A DNA stretch of 63,517 bases, counting the filler, from Octopus bimaculoides (lineage: Eukaryota), in assembly GCF_001194135.2 (NCBI RefSeq). It is 9 parts of 9 records of this genome, joined end to end, with 100 filler letters (N's around TTAATTAATTAA, not from the genome) between each part and the next. Parts side by side here need not be neighbours in the genome. Positions count along the whole stretch, not along the records: positions 38,424 to 49,802 come from NC_069000.1; positions 49,903 to 56,074 come from NC_068992.1; 7 more parts are not named here. The stretch is one strand, 5' to 3'. Made by a program: the position numbers and the translations under genes. Under the pieces are notes generated by a model. It had not been told where the DNA came from. It saw nothing but the letters and a program-made list of their open reading frames with translations, and ran no database searches. Below are positions 39,494 to 51,410 of this stretch, piece by piece. Position 1 is the stretch's first letter, and every line of letters starts with the position of its first letter.

Positions 39494-40609
39494 CTGAAAT
39501 AAAAAAAAATTGAAACAATGATTCAGGTACAGATTTCTGTGGCAGAAGATTAGTCAGGGGACCCCTTAGCTATGCTTTCTTGCCCTGTCTCAACTCTAGG
39601 CTCCAATATCATCACCACACCATCTTCAAGGGCTCCTTGACTGGCAAAGATTTGAATTCATAATGCAAAGCTACACACAGACTATTCCTATCCTGTTAGG
39701 TCACTAGTCTAATACTTAACTGTTTCTGATGCTCCATTGACTGTGGGTAGTAGTGAGAGAGAGAGAGAGATGATATGTGAAGGTGAAAGTTTACCAGGTG
39801 AAGTGGTTTCAATCCAATCACTAATATTGTGTTACCCCTGCTGGGGGGGGGGGGTCAATGTATGTCACTTTCTGGTCCTAAACCTTGCACACCTACAGTC
39901 ATTAGTCACCCTTAGCTACCACCAGAACCACAGCTGGTGGTTGCCGAGAAGACATTTTCTCTGCCAGTCCTGTATCTACCTCTTGTCTTCTTTCTTAACC
40001 CAGAGTCTCCTCCCTTCTGATGTTGCTTACAACCAACTCCAAAGGTGAAAACATGGTTTTTCAGTTGAGAAAAAAATGACGAAACTATTCAACAGAGTGT
40101 CACTGTTGTTTCAACAAAAACGGTCAACTGTAAATGGACCGTCCCCACCCCTCCCGTAAATAAGTGCAATGAACATGTGCTGGGGTCGTTAAGTACTTCT
40201 TCAGTTTGCTAAAACTGACGAGTCTTCCATAGAATGTAATTACGTCTGCCAGTGATTAGCATCTTATTCAGGGGGATATTTATCTCTCATCCACCCAACA
40301 ATAAATACCAGGCATTCATTATTTAAGGGCTCAAATAATTCATGTAAAAGCAGCTGAAAGATCAAGAAAGGAGAAGCTAGAGAATAGGGAACTGAAACCT
40401 TTTTTTTTTATACCACTTAGGAGAAGAACCCTGAAATGGAGGGAGGAAATGGAAACCAGGTAGACTCTGCTGAGAGCATCTAAGGGCCTGGGGGTTGATG
40501 TTGAACCAGATGACAAATACATTTTATCCCATCCGGATTGTGAAATGGGGAGGTTGAAAAATTGTGAAAAGTATCAGTGCTAATAGAACAACAACAAAAC
40601 ATGACTTAC

Positions 40610-40763
40610 TGTTTTGAATTCCAATCAGAGCCTGAATTGGTCTGAAGAACATCATTCCAACCATCATTATTGGGAAAATAGATATTGAATTTCCAGCCAT
40701 CCACATAATAATAATATTCATTGGTACTTGTTTGACAGGACCAAGGGCCACATCCCAAGATCT
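40610..40763 (-). CDS. EMC4: ER membrane protein complex subunit 4, coding exon 3
   Basis: ctaattttag|AGA ... AAC A|gtaagt; [51 protein letters not shown] matches EMC4 [29 protein letters not shown]. Confidence 0.97.
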
Positions 40764-42450
40764 CTAAAATTAGAACATCACAGAAGGATTTAGGGATCTT
40801 AGCAAAAACAGTTTACACTACTTATGTTCCAGTCCCTCTTTTATACAGCATCCATGAGATCTCACAACCACAACCCCAACAAAGGTCAAAGCCATAATAA
40901 GACAATTGTTAAATATGTTAATCTAAAACTCAATCACATCAACACTCAATGTTTTCATTTTCATGTCCTCTCATGACAGACTTTTTGGCTGAGAAAACTC
41001 ATCATAATAAATGCTGTAAATGGAAGTAGTAATTAAATAATACATTTAAAGTGTTAATGTCGGTAAGGGCCAGGATGAGTCTGTCATATAATGAATTAGT
41101 ACACGCAATTCATCGTACCACAATATCTGTGTCTATATCCTTGTTACAAATGTAAGGTCATATAATCTGATCTCCCATAGCAACCACACAGTCATGTTAC
41201 CAAAACTTCATTCCAGACATTTCTTTTCTTTAATGCCACAAAATATTTTGGCTGTGGACCAGAGACGACCCTGACCAGACTCGAATGGTCTCTGAACTGG
41301 CGAACAGTCCATAAATTGATTTGTGATGCACATCTCCTTCCCTGATTGGCAGGTGGACTGGTTGAATTGAAGTTCTAGAACAAACAATGTCTCATTTCTT
41401 TTGAGTCTGTAACATGATGAGGGAGATTATGTTTAGAAACAGCAATCAAATTCCTCGTGTATGCTACTTTTTTTTAAAAAAGGGAAGCACACATATTTAA
41501 TAGTAAGGCAAGTTATCTAATGTCTGGATCACTTTTCCTCATTGACCTGCTTGATCGGGGCTGTTCACAACTGGAACAGCTTTTTATGGCTTTTCTGGAT
41601 CAGAGCTGACATGGATGTTTGACAACATGGCTTTCCCATCCCACCCCACTACAAGATCTTTGACTCAACACTTTAATCTCTGTTCTTCATCACAAAAACA
41701 CTTTCTAAAATTCTGTCTACCAACAATGACCAACTTGCATAAAGTCAAAATGAAACCAACAAAAATAACAGTGAAATCAATAAGCACTGTGCCAACCCCA
41801 AACACTGGTGGGATGTACCCCAGGAATTTGGCTAAATCCACTTTACCAATCTCCACCAGAATCTGCAGGGAACAACACTGGACACTGAAGAGAGTGCAAC
41901 ATGTTCAGAATGACACACTGAACATGTTGCTTAAATTAATCACTGAATGTTGGACTGTGGTGGAGTATGGTCCTTAGCTGGGCAGAGACAGGGAAGCTGC
42001 AGATTGTTGCTCAACCGACCACCTACGATCTCCTTAAAAAGGGCTAATCTGAGGTGACGTAACCTTATTTCTAACACCTTCTCAGTCTAAGAATTACACC
42101 AACTGCTTCTCTCCTCATCTCCTAGTAGGATTAACAGAAACATAGAATGTTATTGAGATTAATTGTAGCAACAGGAATTAGGGAGGATAATCTTCAGTAA
42201 AAACACTTCAACTAAATTTGTAGACATTTTAAAACTAGAATTAATCTATTAAGCCAATGAGTTTTCTCCTCACTAATTAAAACGTCATGGGTTGCTACAT
42301 TAAGTTCATTAATACCAGCTCTCCTACCATAGCCTAGTGAGTGGGATTTGGTTGAGGGACATTGTAAGCGAAGATTTTTTCAACCCTTTGCACATTGGAA
42401 TGGAAAGAAATGAAAAGAAAAGAAGATTCAGTAAGATATTCAGTACATAC

Positions 42451-42568
42451 TTTAACAATTAAGTCTGGATCAATGTCTTTAACTCGGTCGGATACATTGG
42501 CAGTCTCACTGTAACCAACTGGAGGTCGGAGGTCAGAGATTCGACTCACCTGGTGGTCAGATTTGGAC
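42451..42568 (-). CDS. EMC4: ER membrane protein complex subunit 4, coding exon 2
   Basis: ttttttgcag|G ... AAA|gtatgt; SKSDHQVSRISDLRPPVGYSETANVSDRVKDIDPDLIVK with the EMC4 PVGY motif; phases fit both neighbours. Confidence 0.92.
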
Positions 42569-42889
42569 CTGCAAAAAAGAGAAAATAAACAACAGCCTAA
42601 CAAGTGTGAACTCTCATCAATACTATAAAAGTCAGTCACTAACTAGTATAATACAGTGGAGAGCAGGATTGATAAAGTGACATTCTAAGTTCAGATCCAG
42701 TAGGTACTGAGTTTGTGTTTCACTCTCCTAGGGTCCATGAAATAGAACAAGCAACCAAGACTGGAATCCTTGTAATTAACTACTGCCTCCTCCCTTTCCA
42801 CCCAAAACACATAGCCATCTGTCAATGTTAATAAATTTTTACTCATTAATCATATCAATCAAGTTGCAGATTTTCTTTTTATTGTTTAT

Positions 42890-43092
42890 TTTACAGCATC
42901 CAGCTGTAAAAACCCTGCCAAAACTGACCTCGCCTGTGCTTGTGCCCTGTAAAAAGCACTCAGTCCACTCTGCTGGTTGGTTGGTGTTAAAGGCATCCAG
43001 CCATAAAAACCCTACCAAAACAGACACAGAAGTTTAGTGCGGCTCCTGCCTGGCCATCCAGCATGGGACGCGGACATTAAATGATGATGATG
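42890..43092 (+). mobile_element. RTE-type LINE 3' tail fragment in EMC4 intron 1
   Basis: GGTTGGTGTTAAAGGCATCCAGCCATAAAAACC...GGACATTAAATGATGATGATG; same family as 23905-24158. Confidence 0.65.
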
Positions 43093-43355
43093 TTTAATCT
43101 GTTTCAAAACTTTTTGTTTAATGGGTTTATTAGACGAGGAAGGACAGCATTCCCTGAACTCTGACCCATTTTAGAGCCTCCCTGTCTTGTGAAGAAGTGA
43201 GTTGGTGGAATTTGAGCTCAGAGTATAAAACGGACGAAATACCGCTACGCATTTTGTCCGGCGTGCTAACGATTCTGCTAAGCGCCAGTTTGTCTAATTC
43301 GGATAGAAATCTTACTGGAATTAGTGTAAATGAATATTAAACCATTCTTCAGTTT

Positions 43356-43536
43356 GGTACTACTAAAGCAGCACGGTCCCGAACGCGCAGTCGCGCTAGC
43401 TCGTCGTGAGTGGTCGATCCTAACCCTAAACACGTATTCATTTGCACACGCGGATTAGGGTTAGGATCGACCACTCAAGACTAGCTAGCGCGAACGCGCG
43501 ACTGCGCGTTCATGACCGTGCTGCTTTAGTAGTACC
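43356..43536. mobile_element. 181-bp palindromic MITE-like element
   Basis: GGTACTACTAAAGCAGCACGGTC ... GACCGTGCTGCTTTAGTAGTACC; inner arms GAGTGGTCGATCCTAACCCTAA / TTAGGGTTAGGATCGACCACTC. Confidence 0.8.
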
Positions 43537-43866
43537 CTTAAGTTTAATTTATTCAGGAATATATCGAATACACATCACATTAGAAAAAAATTATTAAACT
43601 GCCGTTAAAGGTACTACTTTAATAACATAAAGAAAGCTTAGAAATATATATTAAACTATTAATTAGCGCAATTAGAAATAAATAACCAGTTCTTAATTAG
43701 CAAAAGGGTTAATTGCCAGTCCAACTGTTGTAATCTCAAACTTATTCACTAGAAAAATACTGTTTACGATATCACCATAAACAGAATGAACGATGAAAAT
43801 ATTACTTGTAAGGCTGTTGTAACACCTGAAACCAATGTTCGACACGAATGCAAAGATATGACAAAC

Positions 43867-43919
43867 CTTCCAGAGAAATCCAAAGCCCAGCGATGACGGC
43901 GGACACGGGAAGCCATCAT
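43867..43919 (-). CDS. EMC4: ER membrane protein complex subunit 4, coding exon 1
   Basis: ATG ATG GCT ... TCT GGA AG|gtttgt = MMASRVRRHRWALDFSG(R), matching the EMC4 N-terminal RR.KW(A)I(E/D) motif; phase 2 fits exon 2. Not in the supplied ORF track. Confidence 0.88.
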
Positions 43920-44169
43920 TAAACAATAAAAATAACTTCGATACAGAAGAGTTACACAACTTCAAGTTGTCTAACTCTTTTAAGCGGTTTGTAGTGGTCA
44001 CTTGATATGCCAGAAATAGCAGCTAAAATCTCTTTTAAATTACACCTTGCCATTCTTAAAAAGTAAAGGACTCTTCTTTGCTACACTGCATGCTTTCTTT
44101 TCAAATGAGTGAAAAGTCATATATGAACACATCTGAAATCATGTGTGAGTGTGTAGTATATTTATTTCT

Positions 44170-44370
44170 TTAGTGCCCACAGGGGGCTAAACATAGAGGG
44201 GACAAACAAGGACACCCAAAGGAATTAAGTCGATTACATCGACCCAGTGCGTAACTGATACTTATTTAATCGACCCCTAAAGGATAAATGGCAAAGTCGA
44301 CCTCGGTGGAATTTGAACTCAGAACGTCAAGACATACGAAATACCATTAAGCATTTCGCCCGGCGGCTCT
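44170..44370 (-). mobile_element. tRNA-derived SINE family C upstream of EMC4
   Basis: Reverse complement GCCGGGCGAAATGCTTAATGGTATTTCG...TTCTGAGTTCAAATTCCACCGAGGTCGACTTTGCC...GGGTCGATGTAATCGAC. Confidence 0.85.
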
Positions 44371-44699
44371 CACCAAGTGATTCACCCACCCACATGAAAA
44401 TAGCAAAGTTACTCCATACAATAGATTACAATCGTTCTACTCACGCTGTTTCATTAGTAACTGAAAGTTATGCACAACTCCGTGAAAGCTAATATCGACA
44501 ACATTTCCTTGTCTACTTCTGCTATGGCTTTTTCAAGAAGGCTCCCGTTCGGGCACTAAAGTATGTTGAAGATGATACGGTAAGTTCGGTATACCTACAT
44601 AAGTGTGCCCCCATTGATTTTATTTCTTCACTAGCAAACTTACCCGTCCTTTGGACGGTTTAAGTTACTTTGGTGATATTCTTTTCACTTTGTTCCACG

Positions 44700-44930
44700 C
44701 ACTACCTGAGTTCGGTGAGCCGTTTGCTCATTGGTATCTCCCATGAAGTAAACTTGAAGGAATCGGTGTAGATAGGAAGAATAGACCCCATTCGATGATA
44801 GGTTTAACCCTGAATTTTGAACATTGACATATAGGAGTCTTTATGAATAGGTTTGTGACCGAAACTTGTCATCTGGAAAATATTGTTATAAGCGCAAATT
44901 TTCTGTATAAATTGCTGCGAATCAAGAGTG
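44700..44930 (-). pseudogene. Helitron Rep/helicase N-terminal region remnant
   Basis: SQQFIQKICAYNNIFQMTSFG...MFKIQG*TYHRMGSILP (frameshift) YFMGDTNEQ matches the Helitron consensus YN..FQMTSFG...FK.QGQ.YHR.GSLLP...QIYF.GD; one stop and one frameshift. Confidence 0.85.
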
Positions 44931-45796
44931 TTGACCAAGGAGTAAAGAGAGCAAAGGGTAAATTCTCTACAAATACTCTTCAGATGGTGTAGAGTCACGA
45001 TTGTAAAGGAGTTTGTTGCGGAGAGGAGATTCGGAAAATTCACTCGAGTTGGCTTTGTTTCCTCATAACTTTCTGAAAGTTAGCTATTTCTTGTTGATAT
45101 TTTCTAAAAATTACCTTTCAGAGGATATAGATTACGTTTATACAGGAATTTAATGGGTAAAAAAGCAAAAAATGGTGGGCTCGTATACATAGATACTGAC
45201 ATATGACAGTATCTGTGGGCGAGTTCACCATTTCCTTTTTGGCAGAAGTAAAGATCATGGGGCGATCTTTCGGTACGAGTTCCTAATTATCGGCCTTTTC
45301 CGTAAAAAGTGTCTTCGGCGATCTTTCTACATATTTCGTCAAAAAATATTTCTAAAATAAGTGAAAAATGAAGAAATTGTGGGGGTGGGGTGGATTTAAA
45401 TTTTTGAAATTTTTTTCTTCTTTGGTGATTCATATAAAAATTTTGAAAACGTGTTTATAGCATGTCAGGATTTCTGTTTAGATAATTTTTGCGTCTGCTA
45501 TTTTATAACTCTATGCATGCGTGAAACTAGAGAAAACACTTTAATTTCACTTCTTGGACGGAGGGGAGGGGAGGGGGTGTTTATTTATTCATTTTTTTGC
45601 AGATCCAGAATCTTCGCCCTCGATATAGTGTGTTCCTGTAAAAAAAAAAAAAAATCCTACGATCTTTACCTCCGCCTCCTTTTTTATGACAAATTCCAGT
45701 ATAATCGTAATCTGCTTTTTGAAAAATAATTGTTTGGAATTTGTGAAAGTTTTATTTTTACGTAGTTGTAAACTCCAATATTTAAAGAAATGGTGT

Positions 45797-45890
45797 AGGT
45801 CGGAAAAGTGGCAGAATCGTTAGCATGCCGAACGAAATGCTTACCAGCATTTCATCTGCTGTTACATTCTGAGTTCAAACTCCGCCAAGT
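45797..45890 (+). mobile_element. SINE family C 5' fragment
   Basis: GTGGCAGAATCGTTAGCATGCCGAACGAAATGCTTA...TTCTGAGTTCAAACTCCGCC. Confidence 0.75.
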
Positions 45891-48800
45891 GACATGGGTG
45901 ACTGCTGGTCTTCCCATGCAACCCAGCCTCTCCATGAAACCAATGTTATCCAAGAGAAATGCAAAGACTGATACAGCAAAGCATTCGATACAGAGTATGT
46001 ATGTACGTGTCAAAAAGTTTGTGTGATTTGGCTGTTATTTCTAGCATGTGGGTAGCCTGCTTGAAGGCCGTAGAATTGGGAGGGGAGTAATTTTTTGGGA
46101 TCTTGTTCAAAACGGGGGCACCAGTTTTCATTAATGTTTTATGTAGTGTTTTTGGTACCGAAAGGCTTTCAAACTTCGTATACTTATCTATTTTGCGTTA
46201 TAGAACAGAAAAAAAATTTTGTATTCGGATTTATTTCATGTAAAAAATTGTCTTATTTCGATAATTTCAACCAATTACTGACAAGTATTCAGCTGTTTAC
46301 AAGTTACTCCTTTGGCACTTTAAGCGGTGTAAAGCGTATTTAATCTCCATTACTTCTGACATTTTGCAAAGGCAACACACGTGTGTTCGTTTTCCCTAAC
46401 CCTAACCCTAATTGACTTGCTCCTTCCCTCAAAAACCATGCCTTGTGCCTATAATAGAAAGGTTTATTAGCTACTGCCAATATGCTTCAGCCATTTTTTG
46501 ACAAGGAAATAATAATTTTATCACCGCCGAGATTNNNNNNNNNNNNNNNNNNNNNNNNNNNNNNNNNNNNNNNNNNNNNNNNNNNNNNNNNNNNNNNNNN
46601 NNNNNNNNNNNNNNNNNNNNNNNNNNNNNNNNNNNNNNNNNNNNNNNNNNNNNNNNNNNNNNNNNNNNNNNNNNNNNNNNNNNNNNNNNNNNNNNNNNNN
46701 NNNNNNNNNNNNNNNNNNNNNNNNNNNNNNNNNNNNNNNNNNNNNNNNNNNNNNNNNNNNNNNNNNNNNNNNNNNNNNAAAAAAAAAAAAAAAAAAGGAA
46801 GGGGGCGGAAATTGAAATTTTTAAATTAGGATTTTTGCAAATTTTTTTCCAGAATCGGAATCTCTGTAAAAAATTTTTTTTAAGTGGGGTAATATTTCCG
46901 CCATATGCACCGTTTTTAGTTGATGTATCTTACATTTTTGATATCAAAACTTAATCATACACAAATTTTCTTGATTAAGAGTGTAGTTCATTAAATACGC
47001 ATTTATTTATCAGGTGAGCTTTCATTTGTTGTACATTTAAGGGCTGACAGCAAAAGTGAAAGGAAAAGTTATGTAGACAATTAAGGTAAACTTGTCTTCA
47101 TATCACTGATTCCAATCAGTGCCAAAATACATATGCATACAATGGGTCATAACTATAGATGTGTGCACCCAGCCCCAGTTTGAATATTCGACCACCACCT
47201 TTCAGTTTTTCACACCAAATTCCAACATAATCGTAATTTTACATCATCTGAAACACATTTGCTGAAAATTTCTTTGGAAAAAGGTATTCAGCTTTCAAAA
47301 AATTATGAGGAAACAAAGTCGAGACATGTAACTCATCAGAAATTCTACCTACTCCAATCCACCTCAAAAAATTCCTGACAAATTTTGGCATAACCTTAAT
47401 CTACGTCATTTATAATTTATCTTTGGAAAATTTCATTATAAAAAATATGCCTTTTTCAGAAATGTATAAAGCAGCAAAATTAGCGGAGGAGTACATCTTA
47501 CGCTATCTGAAATGTATTTGTAGAAAATTTCATAAAAGAATATCCATTTTTCTGAAACACATACACCTCTACCAGATCATACAGTACACACACACACATA
47601 GAAACTCCTTAATTCTTAAATTATAGTCATTACTGCCATTGCACCTCTTGTCAAAGACTTTCAATTTCACTGCTATACCCTCTCTCTAAGCATACCTTTT
47701 CCTTCCCTTTGAACACAAATACTTTTTCCTCTCCCCTTCTCTCCACAATATCCCATTCAAATACCACTCCCTATTCCTCTCTCTCTCTGGCTTGGTTTGA
47801 ATATTCCCATTGAAAACCATCTGTGAAATGACCCACCTTGCCACTTAAATTTTTTACTTGTAAACTTTCCCAGTCCCTTTTATATTTTTTCTTTTCTTAT
47901 ATTTCTAATTTCTCTTCATAATTATATTCTCCACTCAAACTGTGCTTTCTATACATTCTGATTGAATCCTCCATGTGTTAACATGGGTCTCCTAACAACA
48001 AGTTAAAACTTGATATAATCAAGAGACCCATGGCCTGAAGAGTAGCTAAAACAAATAGTAGAAGGTAATGCAGTGGAATATCAAAGCCAAAGAGGAAAGA
48101 ATCTTATCTAATAATTTGGTAATTGTCTGCAGACACAACACCTTCAAACTTTTGCATTTGAATATTTGTGGTGAGTCACCAAACACCTTGGCTCATTACA
48201 GGCACACCACTGAATTATTAATTAATCTTAATGATGCAAGAGAGTTAATTATACTTTGTGTTCATTGTAATCATACAAAAATATGGATATTCAGTCGACT
48301 CATTGCTATTGATGATACTGTCTACAATTCTCACAGGCAAAACGATTGACCTATTTCTTCTATACATAATTTCCAAATAAACTTTTAGTGCCTAAGAAAA
48401 ACCTTCTTCCAGTTTCATTTCATAACAGGTTTTATTGAGAACTACTCAACATTATTTTACTTTCACTTTATTATGTCCCTCTCTGCCGAGTTCAGTGGTT
48501 TCACTTTCTGGATCATAAAACGAAAGCTCGCTCTTAATTTTATTAATCATAACAATTTGTTCGTCCCCCGCCGCTACATTAGACCCCCTACTCCTAACAA
48601 GCTGCTTAGAAATTTATAAATAGGGGACGTTTTGTCACTTACACCGTTCCAGGAAGCACCCCCCAACCTGTAGCACAGAATGGATGTTTCATAAACGGAA
48701 ATTCACTGAGCTTCTGGCTACTTTTCACACATTTTCACTCCAATTCTTCCATTCCATCTTCTGAATGCAGAAACCTTTTGAACTGGAGATTTAGTTCAAA

Positions 48801-49157
48801 TACCAGGTTAGTAAACCCGTTCGCTATTTTGGAGCATAAACCGGGCGGCACTTGGACATAGACCAAACATTCTCCTTGCTATACATTGACATTCTTTTCA
48901 TTTGTTTTTAATAAATTAATCTAAACCAATATTAAAAATAATTAGCATTCATAGTAGAAAGTGAATAAAATTCTAATATCTGAATGTGAAACCATTTCGT
49001 CAATAGTCCAAAGTCACCAATTTTTTTTGTGTACAAGCCTTTGTTTCTTTGTTTAATAATTTCGTTTTAAAGTTAGCTGTCCATTAAATTGATTTAAATT
49101 GATTTATAGCGAAGAAAATTCTGTTTTTCTAGGGAATTGAGAAGTATTCTTGCAAAC

Positions 49158-49295
49158 CTTTAAAATATATGCCAAAACTAAACGGGGTCTCTGTTCTTAT
49201 AACGTCATCAGGAAGCCTTGCCTCAGCGTCTGCTACTAATTGGAGGTCGGTGCTGGCAATAAAACGATGTTGTCGAAATTCATGAGACGATCGCT
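49158..49295 (-). CDS. Candidate coding exon of an unidentified gene (phase 1-1, 138 bp)
   Basis: cttttgtgtttgtag|AG ... AAA G|gtttgc; open frame RSSHEFRQHRFIASTDLQLVADAEARLPDDVIRTETPFSFGIYFK; GC richer than flanks. No homology recognised, and the opposite strand also has an acceptor and open frame. Confidence 0.25.
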
Positions 49296-49768
49296 CTACA
49301 AACACAAAAGATGCTTTGGTCTTATTGAAACTGTGTGTGTGTGTGTGCGCGCGCGCGCGTGAAGATGCACTTGCGTATGTGCATGTATCTAACTGTATAC
49401 ATAATGCTTGTGTGTTTGTGTATATATATATAAATATATATATATATGGTTCGAGAGAGAGAGAGGGAGGGAGGGAGAATATATGATGTATGTGTTTATA
49501 TATACATTTGTAATATATATAAACACACATGCTAAGGCGGTGCCCCAGCATGGCCGCAGTCAAATGACTGAAACAAGTAAAAGAATATTTATAATGCGTG
49601 TGTCTATATACACGCGCGCGCGTGTATATATATAATATACACTCACACACACACAATGTGTGTGTTTATATATAATCGAACTGTTGCCTAACACTCCGTT
49701 GAACCCCAAGTGCGAAACCGATTTGTAATATCGACCGAAATGGATATATAATACCATACACCTCCACT

Positions 49769-49802
<34 letters not shown>

Positions 49803-51410
49803 NNNNNNNNNNNNNNNNNNNNNNNNNNNNNNNNNNNNNNNNNNNNTTAATTAATTAANNNNNNNNNNNNNNNNNNNNNNNNNNNNNNNNNNNNNNNNNN
49901 NNATATATATATATATATATATAAGTACTCCACCTGGTGAGAGAGAAAAATTATATAATAAACACGTTCTATGTTTTTATGTAATATTATTAGTTTCCTG
50001 AGCTGAGAATATGCCAAACATTGTTTGAAAACACGTCTGGTGCAAAAGCTGAATCATAACATACATAACATTGTGTCCAATCAGTTTCAAATGCTTATTT
50101 AATGATTTTCTAAAGTATTATTAGTGTACCATTTAGAAACATTTATAAACAAATATTTTTTTCCAAAATTTCCTTGTGTGCGAGGATCCGTTATGTGAAA
50201 GTAGGTTTTAGACTTAGCAAAATGTATTACCCGCAATAAACACCGTAAATATAATTTAAGATGTTTTGCTCTAGGAAACCAAATCATCTTGTACATATTT
50301 TATATATTTATACCACTAATAACCTTCTTTTTTTCCAGATTTAAGCTTCTTGTAGACTTAGAGAGCATTGGGAACTACATAGAAATCACGTGACACATGC
50401 GATGCATTTGCGATTTCACCAAACCAGATAACTCTGCCAGGATATACTTGTTGAAAAGCAAATTTCGCCAGACTACGGCAATTGACAGTTCACCAGTTGA
50501 CCTTTATATTGATGATAAAATGTATGTCATAGAGCAATACAACGTTCATTATATTACTACTGTCAAGTACGCTTTCTCCTTTGTCAAGTTTTAGGCCTCT
50601 TTGCTTTGACAAAAATAGTGAAAGTATACCCCTAGCTGTAGTGGGTGATAAGGTTTCTCATTTAGTTTGTTACCATCAGAAAATGTACGTATGAAATCTT
50701 CTCCACATTTGGTATCAAAGTTAGAATTACCACGTTGGAGGTCCATGTTCTAGTATGCCAAGTTTAGATTGATGCAAGACTTCGGTTTATTTTACATATA
50801 TTGCTAGGCCAAAGCCATGCGGAATTTTCAAAATATCAGTGGAGCTTATATGCCAGCGACGAAAACTTTGCGAATACACGTATCATTGTACGTCCTAGTC
50901 AACATTAGTCTCGGTAACTTCTACAACCCAGTAAAAGCATGTTTAGAAAGCTTTTAATCACGTTATTCTATTGGAAATGTGGACAAGCACTTGCTCCCGT
51001 TACCATCGTCGAAATGTTTAAATCACCACAAATTTATCCAGACACCCATGTCTTTTAAGCGGGGTTCATTAATCTTCTCTTCTCGCTATAAATGGTGATG
51101 AATAAGATAAATATTGAGCTGCTGAAATTGTCGTTAGGTGAAAATCATATCGTCATGTACCTAAAGTATAGGCTTCCAGGACGAATGCACTCGGTTATAC
51201 CATGCAATCACTTGAGCAGTGATTTTACTAGTGTATACCTCTAACTGAGGGAATAGGAATTCCTCTCTAAAATCATCAAGCCTCTCAGTCACAGTTCCTC
51301 GTGTAAGTGGTCTATATATGTATTCTTGACTTACTTGGGGAGGTTTCCACATTGCCAATATTCTCAGAATTATTAAATTGATGTTTACCGTGTAATTTGA
51401 TACATTTATA

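Noticed and set aside
46394-46411. CCCTAACCCTAACCCTAA as telomere or interstitial telomeric array
   Set aside because: Only three units, within transposon-like sequence; similar short motifs occur inside the 43356 MITE.
50339-50520. In-frame TGA between FKLLVDLESIGNYIEIT and HMRCICDFTKPD as selenocysteine
   Set aside because: No recognisable selenoprotein motif, no homology, no SECIS identified; a chance stop in non-coding or decayed sequence is simpler.
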